Part shown: positions 8,523 to 16,392 of the stretch, in pieces
How the letters are laid out: each line of letters starts with the position of its first letter
How positions within the stretch are numbered: the first letter of the stretch is position 1
Origin: an uncultured archaeon
GTDB lineage: Archaea; Iainarchaeota; Iainarchaeia; Iainarchaeales; CSSED10-239
Assembly (NCBI GenBank): GCA_964526365.1
Contig: CAZGLB010000001.1
Location: forward strand, 1-39,550
Length of the DNA: 39,550 nucleotides
Direction of reading: 5' to 3'
The notes under the pieces: model-generated
Databases searched by the model: none
Told to the model about the DNA's origin: nothing
Seen by the model: the letters and a program-made list of their open reading frames with translations, nothing else
Made by a program: the position numbers and the translations under genes

Positions 8523-9596
8523 ATGAAAAAATTAGAAGTTACAAGCACTGCTTTTTTTTATATTGTAAATTTTTTAGAAAAAGAACTACTTGGCGGATAC
8601 ATTAATAATATTCAATTGATTAATTATGAATCAAACGATATTATAAAACTAAAAATACATAAGACCAAAACAAAAGAACTAATCGTTACTCCAAATGTGC
8701 TTTTTATTACAGATTTTGTTTTGCCAGTTAATCCTGAAAACGGGGGGCTACTTAAGTTCCTTAAAAAGAAATTGTATAATCAAAAAATACAAGAAATTAA
8801 ACAAGACAAAAACAACAGAGTTGTGTTTCTTAAATTAGATACTTATTATTTGATATTTGAATTTTTTAGTTCTTCAAATATTATTCTTACTGATTTGGAA
8901 TTTAATATTATTACTTCAAAACAAAAAGAAGAATGGAAAGATAGAACCATCAAAAAAGGCGAAAAATATCTTTTTCCAAAAGGCAAAGACCGCTATTTAA
9001 AAAAATCTAAAGAATTACTTTTAGAAATTGCAGACTTAAATCTTAAAGACACAATTAGTTATCTTGTTAAAGAATATAATGTGTCTCCTGCTTATATTTC
9101 AGAAATCAAAACTAAAGAAAAAATGGTTACTGAAATTGAAAGATTATACTCCTTGGAATATGCAAAATTGAAATTAGTTGAAGGAAAAACTAAAGAGGAT
9201 GTCTTGGTTTTAATTGAAGCTACTAAAGAACAACAAACTACGGCTGATTTCTTTAAAGGCATTGCAGAAAACTATATACAAAACATTCAAGCGCCAGAAA
9301 CCAAAATAGAAATAAAATCCAAAAACAAACAAACAAGCATACTTGACAGCCAGATAGAAAAAAGAAAAGAATATGAAAAAATTGCAAAAGATCTTGAAAT
9401 CGAAGCACAAAAAATTTATGAATATTTTACGGTGCTTGAAAAGATTAATGAGCAGATAAGGCTTGCAAGAGAAAAGAAGATACCAAATGAAGAGATATTA
9501 AAAAAACTAAATGCGTATTTTTCAAAGAACTATAAAGAACTAAACATAAAAAGTATAAATACTAAAGAACAAAGCTATATTCTAGAAATTAAATAG
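8523..9596 (+). CDS. NFACT-N domain protein (RqcH/FbpA-like), C-terminally short
   Basis: LLKFLKKKLYNQKIQEIKQDKNNRVVFLKL....LIFEFFSSSNIILTD....WKDRTIKKGEKYLFP parallels the F..LRK.L.g..I..I.Q...DRI ... E..G..sNIIL.d ... R.i..G..Y..P pattern of NFACT-N. A coiled coil follows. No NFACT-R/DUF814 part is present. Confidence 0.55.
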   Translation: MKKLEVTSTAFFYIVNFLEKELLGGYINNIQLINYESNDIIKLKIHKTKTKELIVTPNVLFITDFVLPVNPENGGLLKFLKKKLYNQKIQEIKQDKNNRVVFLKLDTYYLIFEFFSSSNIILTDLEFNIITSKQKEEWKDRTIKKGEKYLFPKGKDRYLKKSKELLLEIADLNLKDTISYLVKEYNVSPAYISEIKTKEKMVTEIERLYSLEYAKLKLVEGKTKEDVLVLIEATKEQQTTADFFKGIAENYIQNIQAPETKIEIKSKNKQTSILDSQIEKRKEYEKIAKDLEIEAQKIYEYFTVLEKINEQIRLAREKKIPNEEILKKLNAYFSKNYKELNIKSINTKEQSYILEIK

Positions 9597-9653
9597 CCAG
9601 TAATTCGTGGTTTAAAATTTAAAACAATAAAGAAATAGAAAATAAAAGAAACT

Positions 9654-9932
9654 TTAATTAAAAGTTCCTTCGTCTTTTGTTAATAAAGTCTTTTCATCAA
9701 TTACAAAAACATCAGAAACTGCTATTACGCTTCTGTATGGTATCTCTATTAGATTTCCTTGTACATCTAATTGTTTTACGACTTTTGAAGATGGGTCTAT
9801 TTCTACTAATAATGCTTCTATGTCCCCTGTTACTTCATTAATCATTAGATCAACAAGTCTTCCAATATTATCTCCTCTATTTGTTATTAATTTCTTTGTT
9901 GCAAGTTGTCTTGCTATTGCGTATTTGTACAT
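9654..9932 (-). CDS. PRC-barrel domain protein
   Basis: 92 aa. LITNRGDNIGRLVDLMINEVTGDIEALLVEI is typical of archaeal stand-alone PRC barrels. Confidence 0.7.
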   Translation of the reverse strand: MYKYAIARQLATKKLITNRGDNIGRLVDLMINEVTGDIEALLVEIDPSSKVVKQLDVQGNLIEIPYRSVIAVSDVFVIDEKTLLTKDEGTFN

Positions 9933-10070
9933 GTTGTAAAACCTCTCTTTTATTATTATTTTCTTAAAATATTATATATTTCATTTATATTGTTAGGCGA
10001 TTAATATATATATGTTTCGCTTTACAAAGACCAGAAAAAACGTTTAAAAAGGTTTGGAAAGCAAACCGGA

Positions 10071-11345
10071 TTATATTATGACTTGCCCATTTTGTATGAA
10101 AAAGTGCTTTTTTGATAATACGGTTATTACTCTTCCGTTTCTGCTCTTGTAGCTTATTGTTTGTTTTGTTTTATCAACAGCTGTGACTTCGCCTAGCCAC
10201 ACGCCATATTTAGAAACTACCGGTAACCCAACCAATAATTCTGTAATATCTCTAGTTATATCAAATATGCTTGTAATCTTATGTAAAACAAACAAAAATA
10301 AGGAAGAAAGTATTATTATTAGTATCAGGTTCTGGACAACTAATTCCCCAAGAATAAATTGTAAAGAAACATCTACTAAACCTAAAAACACAAATACAGC
10401 AATTAATGTAAATATTGAGTTTCCTAACTTGTATAACGCTCTTGTATAAAACAAATCAATTATTTCTCCTATAACATAAGCCATGATACAAAATACAATG
10501 TATAATAATATTGCTCTAAGGACATAGATGATCCTTTGCCAAAGAATGAATGTGTCGTTTGCTATAAACAAGTTTATTCCTGTAAATCCGGCATATATGA
10601 GAAAAAAAACACTTGCAACATAAAAAGGAAAACTTATTCGCGTTATTGAAAACTTTGAAAATAAATTTGTAAAAAAATGATTTATTTTTGATTCTAGATG
10701 AAAGCCTTTAATTAAGAAAAATGTTCCAAATAGCAAAGCCATAATCTGAAAGGCATATTCTTTAAAAAAGAAAAATAATAATAATATTATTGCAGGAATT
10801 CCAAAAATTATTCTAGAAAACGCAGGATCTTTTATTGCTTTTTTTATTGTATAATATATGCTCTCTATTGCTTGAGATTGTCTTACAACAACTACATCTT
10901 TTGAAATTATTGGCCCAAAGTTTTGAATGATTGGAATAACTTGTTCATCTTCTGCGCCGTCTGTAATTAAAACAAATGCACTTGCAGGAAATACTTCTAG
11001 AACGTCACGTAATTGTAAAGCAATATTTTTATCTGCAAAAAATAAGTTTTCTTTAGAATGCCCTGTTATTGTTGCAACTTCAACAACATAATCTTTTTTT
11101 AATTCCCCGTATTTTTTTAATGTTGCAAAGATTGCGTTTGCATCTGATTCTTCAGGATCTTTTAAAATTAAATCTGTTGCTAATTTAAGATTATTGTCAT
11201 AACCGATAATTGGGCCAGAGATTCCGAGTTTTTTTCCAATATCGTTATCTCTATCAACTGTAAGTACAAGTATGTGTTCTTGTGCTGGCTGAACTTTTTG
11301 TTCAGTAACTACTACTTCTTCTTTTTTTGGCTTTTCTTTAATCAA
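10071..11345 (-). CDS. DUF373-family integral membrane protein
   Basis: The soluble N-terminal domain VLTVDRDNDIGKKLGISGPIIGYDNNLKLATDLILKDPEESDANAIF matches the archaeal DUF373 signature. It is followed by about 7 TM helices. The start as drawn is TTG. Confidence 0.6.
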   Translation of the reverse strand: MIKEKPKKEEVVVTEQKVQPAQEHILVLTVDRDNDIGKKLGISGPIIGYDNNLKLATDLILKDPEESDANAIFATLKKYGELKKDYVVEVATITGHSKENLFFADKNIALQLRDVLEVFPASAFVLITDGAEDEQVIPIIQNFGPIISKDVVVVRQSQAIESIYYTIKKAIKDPAFSRIIFGIPAIILLLFFFFKEYAFQIMALLFGTFFLIKGFHLESKINHFFTNLFSKFSITRISFPFYVASVFFLIYAGFTGINLFIANDTFILWQRIIYVLRAILLYIVFCIMAYVIGEIIDLFYTRALYKLGNSIFTLIAVFVFLGLVDVSLQFILGELVVQNLILIIILSSLFLFVLHKITSIFDITRDITELLVGLPVVSKYGVWLGEVTAVDKTKQTISYKSRNGRVITVLSKKHFFIQNGQVII

Positions 11346-11463
11346 AATTGTTCCCCGAAGTTAATTTTACAAAGGTAAAAGATTAATAAATGTTCTTTAT
11401 ATAATATATATAGGATTTAGTATATAAAAGCATTTAAAAGAATATCTAAATTATAAAAAATAA

Positions 11464-12444
11464 ATGGTAATTGAAATGGGCGAACAAAAACTAAAAAATC
11501 TTTTTTTTGCAGCATTGGTTTTTGGGATATTGTTTATTATTGGTCTTTTTTTAATAGCAGATGAAACTATAAAACAAATAATTTTAATTGTTTTAATTAT
11601 TGCGGCTGCTGCTTATTTATTATTTATATCAAACACGATTTTACAATTAAAAGATTATGAAAGAGCAGTTGTTTTTAGATTTGGTAAAGTAAATAGAGTT
11701 GGTGGACCTGGCTGGACTTTTATTTTCCCATTTATTGAAAAATATACTTATGTTACATTAAGAACGCAAGTTGTAGATGTGCCTGTTCAACAAATCATTA
11801 CAAAAGACAATATTAAAGTTACAATTGATGCTATACTTTTCTTGTCAATTGAAAACAATAAAGAAAGCATTATTAATTCTGTAATAAAAGTTGAAGACTA
11901 TAAAAAAGCAGCATCCTTCTATGTGGTTGCAATGTTAAGAGACATACTTGGAGAATTTATGCTTACTGATGTTATTTCTAATACAGAAAGTATAAATAAG
12001 AAAATAACAGACGAAATGAAAGGCGTTGCTAAAGAGTGGGGAATAAAGGTTAATGCTGTAGAGATTAGAGACTTACAGATTCCTGAAGAGATTGTAGAAG
12101 CAATGCATAAACAAAAGGCAGCAGTTCAAAGAAAACTTGCAATCTTTGAAGAAGCAGAATCAGAGAAAGCAAAAATTAATGCAATTAGAGAAGCAACAGA
12201 ACAATTGTCTGATAAAACTATTTTGTATTACTATATTAAAGCATTAGAGAAAGTAGGAGAAGGACAATCATCAAAGATCATTTTCCCTATGGAATTAACA
12301 AGTTTATTAAACAGTATTTCTACAAAAATAAACTCCGGAAATACAAATATTAATCACACAGAGAAAAAGCAATTAGCAGAATATTTGCCAGTAATACAAG
12401 GCTATCTTGATAATAAAGGAACTAGAAAGAAAAAAAACAAATAA
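11464..12444 (+). CDS. SPFH/band-7 (stomatin-like) membrane protein
   Basis: Two N-terminal TM segments, then ERAVVFRFGKV..GPGWTFIFPFIE and an SPFH core with an Ala/Glu-rich coiled coil. Confidence 0.85.
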   Translation: MVIEMGEQKLKNLFFAALVFGILFIIGLFLIADETIKQIILIVLIIAAAAYLLFISNTILQLKDYERAVVFRFGKVNRVGGPGWTFIFPFIEKYTYVTLRTQVVDVPVQQIITKDNIKVTIDAILFLSIENNKESIINSVIKVEDYKKAASFYVVAMLRDILGEFMLTDVISNTESINKKITDEMKGVAKEWGIKVNAVEIRDLQIPEEIVEAMHKQKAAVQRKLAIFEEAESEKAKINAIREATEQLSDKTILYYYIKALEKVGEGQSSKIIFPMELTSLLNSISTKINSGNTNINHTEKKQLAEYLPVIQGYLDNKGTRKKKNK

Positions 12445-12445
12445 A

Positions 12446-13060
12446 TTATTTCTTTTCCTTATTATTAAATTTTTTTAGAAATGCGCCTTCAAATTCTTTT
12501 AGTTTTTTAAAATTGTGTTCTAATTTCTTGTTTGCGATATCTACAATTACTTTAAGGTAATCATCTGAAATAAGTTGGTTTTTATCAATCTTTATTAGTG
12601 TTGACATAAATACGGTGTGTGTTACTTCACAAGTAAACCGCCCTTCCTTTGCACTAATTATTCCTGCTTTTTTTAGTCCTTGCTCTCTGCAGAAATCTAA
12701 TATCTCTTTTGCTTTATCATAATCTTTTGTAGCAAAATGGAAAATAAAAGGCTCTACTTTTAACCACAGATAGCCTATATTAAAATTAGAAATATCTTTT
12801 TTTAGTTCTTCATAAGTTACTATTCGGTGATATCTGGAAACAAAACCAGACACTTTTTTGTTTTCATCTTCGTCTCCTCCAAGCAATAGCAATCTGCCTG
12901 AACAGCTGCTAGAAGTATAAATGTCCGGAATCTCTGTTACTTCTAAAAGAAAGGGGATGACTAGCGAATCAGCCAAGTCTTTTGAAATTGCGTCTTTTAG
13001 TGTTTGCGTGTGGTGTTTTTTTAACATTGCAAATTTAGAATCAACTAAACTTTTGTTCAT
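12446..13060 (-). CDS. taw3: tRNA wyosine-derivative methyltransferase Taw3/TYW3 family
   Basis: Hallmark YTSSSCSGR motif and the downstream W..VEPFI.H pattern. The start was moved to the ATG at 13060 because the track start at 13087 is TTG. Confidence 0.7.
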   Translation of the reverse strand: MNKSLVDSKFAMLKKHHTQTLKDAISKDLADSLVIPFLLEVTEIPDIYTSSSCSGRLLLLGGDEDENKKVSGFVSRYHRIVTYEELKKDISNFNIGYLWLKVEPFIFHFATKDYDKAKEILDFCREQGLKKAGIISAKEGRFTCEVTHTVFMSTLIKIDKNQLISDDYLKVIVDIANKKLEHNFKKLKEFEGAFLKKFNNKEKK

Positions 13061-13120
13061 GGTTTTGCCTCTTGAAATTTGACACAAAATTAGATTTGAT
13101 TAGGTTTATAAATAATTTAG

Positions 13121-13135
13121 TATATATTATATATA
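13121..13135. promoter_or_regulatory. TA-alternating promoter-region motif TATATATTATATATA
   Basis: The exact 15-mer is repeated at 19968..19982. It lies in the divergent intergenic region between taw3 and a secreted-protein gene. A second ATATATAT (13145..13152) lies about 27 nt upstream of the ATG at 13176. Confidence 0.35.
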
Positions 13136-13175
13136 GCAATAATAATATATATGTAACTTAAATTGTGAAAATTAT

Positions 13176-14033
13176 ATGTTTGATAAAAAAATATTTTTTG
13201 TAATCTGTGGAATATTACTACTATTACCTGGCGCACAGGCACTACAAATGCTTGAGCCAATTATGATTGAAACCACAGAAAATAAAGCAATAGAGATTGG
13301 AACTGTCGCTCCTGAAGAATATTTTTTGATAAGTTTCTTTTTAGAAGACATAAAAAAATATGATGTAATTACTACAGATAATTACGGTGCAAATTATTTA
13401 TTTTTTGAAAATACACAAAAGACAAAAGAAAGCATTTATACAGTCGTAAAAATTAAAGAGAATACAAGCGGAGAACAACAAGTAAAAATAATTTTAAAAA
13501 ATACAGAAACAGGAAAAACCGAAAGCGCATATCTTAAGATGACAATCTCTAGTAACGCGATTTCTGCTTTTGTAATGCCATATGCTAGTGAAAGTAAATT
13601 TGGCGTAAAAAAAGAAGTGACTGTTAAAGTTATTAATAAATCTATAACTACTAAAAAAATTACAGTATCTTCTAACTTGCCAAATACCTGGTTTGATTCA
13701 AAAGACACAGGAAAAATAAAGAAAGAAGTTGTTGTTGTATTACAGCCTAGCGCCTCTGTAGATGTTAATTATTCATATATACCAAAAGTCATTGGAGACA
13801 GAGATTTTGAATTATATGTGTATACTGAAGCAATACCACAAGCCGGAATATTTCACACAAGCGCGTTTTTTAACAAAGTACTGTTTGAAAGAAATACAGA
13901 AAAAATGCATATCTTTGTAAAGAAAGACCTTGCGGCACTATACGCGGCAAATCTTTATAATTTCCCTACCTTTGCGCTTAATTCTATTCCTGCATATTTC
14001 TTTAATAACATTATAAGAATTGTTGCAGAATAA
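13176..14033 (+). CDS. secreted beta-rich protein, unknown function
   Basis: Signal peptide MFDKKIFFVICGILLLLPGAQA. The repeated V/T/K-rich strands are reminiscent of CARDB or DUF11-type sandwiches. Confidence 0.5.
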   Translation: MFDKKIFFVICGILLLLPGAQALQMLEPIMIETTENKAIEIGTVAPEEYFLISFFLEDIKKYDVITTDNYGANYLFFENTQKTKESIYTVVKIKENTSGEQQVKIILKNTETGKTESAYLKMTISSNAISAFVMPYASESKFGVKKEVTVKVINKSITTKKITVSSNLPNTWFDSKDTGKIKKEVVVVLQPSASVDVNYSYIPKVIGDRDFELYVYTEAIPQAGIFHTSAFFNKVLFERNTEKMHIFVKKDLAALYAANLYNFPTFALNSIPAYFFNNIIRIVAE

Positions 14034-14041
14034 TTCTTTTT

Positions 14042-15592
14042 ATGGTATTTTTAAATATGGATGAGATATATAAAAAAAGAATTTCTAATTTTTTTAAAAA
14101 TTGCGAATCTTCTAAATTAACTAAACAACAGTTTGAAGCAAAGAAAGTTAAATTTGCAAAAAAATATGGACTTAAAAAAATTCCATTAACTTCTGATATT
14201 TTTTTAGCACTTAAAAATACTAAGCCACCTGAATTTCTTATAACAAAACCAGGAAGAACACAATCTGGTGTAACAATTGTTGCGATAATGACAAGGCCGG
14301 GGGACTGCCCAGGGAATTGTATTTATTGTCCTACTTGGAAGAACGCGCCAAAAAGTTACACTGGCTTTGAACCAGCAAGTATGCGCGCAAAAAGAAATGA
14401 TTTTGATCCAAGGTCGCAAATAAAAGATAGATTAAAGCAGCTAAAATCTACTGGACACCCAATAAATAAAATCGAATTAATTGTTATGGGCGGAACCTTT
14501 CCAGCAACGCCAAAAGACTATCAAGAATATTTTGTTAAATCCATTTTACAAGAAATTACAAATTCTAAAATTACAGACAATAATCTAAACGATTTAAAGA
14601 AAAAAGCAATGCGTTCTAAAAATAGAATTGTTGGAATTACTTTTGAAACACGCCCAGACTACTGTAATAAACAAACAATCAAAAGACTTCTAGATTATGG
14701 TGGCACAAGAGTTGAATTGGGTGCGCAGATTGCTGATGATGCTGTTTTAAATGCAGTTAATAGAGGACACGGGGTTAAAGAGATAATTAAAGCAACAAAA
14801 GAACTTAAAGATGCTGGCTTTAAGGTGCTATATCATATCATGCTTGGGCTTCCGGAAAGCGATTATAAAAAAGACCTAGAATCTTTTAAAAAGCTTTTTG
14901 AAAACCCGAATTTTAGACCAGACATGATTAAGATTTATCCTTGTCTTGTTATTTCTGGAACAAAACTAGAAAAAATGTATTATTCAAAAAAATACAATCC
15001 CTATTCTTTAGAAAAAACCATTGAATTAATTGCAGATATTAAAGAAATCGTGCCAAGATGGGTTAGAATAATGCGAATACAAAGAGATATACCAGCAACA
15101 AAGATTATTGCAGGAGTTAAGAAAAGCAATTTGCGACAGCTGGTGGAAAAAGAATTGCATAGTAGAGGTAAAGTCTGTAATTGTATTAGATGCAAAGAAC
15201 CAAAAGATCATTTAAAGGACATTTCAGGATATAAAATTAAAATTGAGGAATATCTTGCTTCTGGCGGAAAAGAAATATTTATTTATGCAGAAAAGAACTC
15301 TTATCTTCTTGGGTTTATTAGACTTAGATTTCCTAATAACCCATATATAAAACAAATTACTAAGAAAACTGCAATCATTAGAGAACTTCATGTGTATGGC
15401 CAAACCACAAACTTTGATGATAAGAATATTCAACACATGGGTGTTGGAAAAAAGCTATTAAAAGAAGCAGAAAAGATAACCAAAAAAGAGAAATATAATA
15501 GAATTGTTATAATTAGTGGAATTGGTGTAAGAGAGTACTATAAAAAACAAGGATATTTCTTATCAGAACCATATATGATTAAAAACCTTTAA
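14042..15592 (+). CDS. elp3: Elp3-type radical SAM / GNAT tRNA-modification enzyme
   Basis: Radical SAM cluster motif CPGNCIYCP, a TIM-like core, and a C-terminal GNAT motif (HVYGQ....QHMGVGKKLL). Confidence 0.9.
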   Translation: MVFLNMDEIYKKRISNFFKNCESSKLTKQQFEAKKVKFAKKYGLKKIPLTSDIFLALKNTKPPEFLITKPGRTQSGVTIVAIMTRPGDCPGNCIYCPTWKNAPKSYTGFEPASMRAKRNDFDPRSQIKDRLKQLKSTGHPINKIELIVMGGTFPATPKDYQEYFVKSILQEITNSKITDNNLNDLKKKAMRSKNRIVGITFETRPDYCNKQTIKRLLDYGGTRVELGAQIADDAVLNAVNRGHGVKEIIKATKELKDAGFKVLYHIMLGLPESDYKKDLESFKKLFENPNFRPDMIKIYPCLVISGTKLEKMYYSKKYNPYSLEKTIELIADIKEIVPRWVRIMRIQRDIPATKIIAGVKKSNLRQLVEKELHSRGKVCNCIRCKEPKDHLKDISGYKIKIEEYLASGGKEIFIYAEKNSYLLGFIRLRFPNNPYIKQITKKTAIIRELHVYGQTTNFDDKNIQHMGVGKKLLKEAEKITKKEKYNRIVIISGIGVREYYKKQGYFLSEPYMIKNL

Positions 15593-15606
15593 GATAACGA
15601 ATATTT

Positions 15607-15927
15607 ATGAGCGATAATAAAGACATATTAATTAAAATGCTTGCAGAAGAACCAAGATTAATGGACCTTATTAATTCAAAAGAACACTTATCGGTTTTAG
15701 AGTTTCTAGAAAAAGATAGTTGCGATTTTCTTAATCTAAAAAGCAATTTAATGAAATACATATATATTAAAAAAGATATTATATTATATAATATATTAGA
15801 GTCCCTTATTCAAAAGGAATTAATCAAGAAAATAAAGGCTAACGAAAATCAAGTTTATTTCATAACAGAAAAGGGCAAAAGGTTTATTGAACTATATAGA
15901 GAAACAAAAAAGGAATTTAATATATAA
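15607..15927 (+). CDS. small winged-helix DNA-binding protein (putative)
   Basis: 106 aa. ILESLIQKELIKKIKANENQVYFITEKGKRFIELY looks like a recognition helix plus wing. No specific family assigned. Confidence 0.4.
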   Translation: MSDNKDILIKMLAEEPRLMDLINSKEHLSVLEFLEKDSCDFLNLKSNLMKYIYIKKDIILYNILESLIQKELIKKIKANENQVYFITEKGKRFIELYRETKKEFNI

Positions 15928-15942
15928 TAAAAAGGTGATGAA

Positions 15943-16293
15943 ATGAAGGCTTTTTTAGGAATACTAAGTACAGGAAAAGGCACCTGGGGACAGGTTGCAC
16001 ATATCATAGATAATGTGGATTATGACAAGGTTTATTTAATCTCTAATGAATGGGCACAAGACAAATTCAATTGTACAAAACCTATCAACTGGATAATAAT
16101 TGATCCAAGAAAAGGGTTTAGTGAGATTATGGCAGATCTTGAAAAACAGATACCAACAGACGCTAAAGAAATTGATTTAAATATACATTCTGGTAGCGGT
16201 AAAGAACACAGTGTTGTTTTAGCTCTACTTTTGCAGAAAAAAATTAAATTTCAAATTATAACAATAAATGCACAAGGAATAATAAAATACTAA
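15943..16293 (+). CDS. small Rossmann-like protein, possibly CARF-like
   Basis: 116 aa. Alternating beta/alpha pattern with the N-terminal strand-loop FLGILSTGKGTW and a late loop NIHSGSGKEHSVVLALL that resembles the D-x-T-G-G-T-K loop of CARF domains. Weak, by eye only. Confidence 0.3.
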   Translation: MKAFLGILSTGKGTWGQVAHIIDNVDYDKVYLISNEWAQDKFNCTKPINWIIIDPRKGFSEIMADLEKQIPTDAKEIDLNIHSGSGKEHSVVLALLLQKKIKFQIITINAQGIIKY

Positions 16294-16392
16294 ATTCCTT
16301 TTGTATTTTTTCTTTTTTCTTATATCTTTTTATGATATTTACAAAAAAATCAGGCATGCTAATTTATATTGGTTCTAATTTCTATATGTTTT

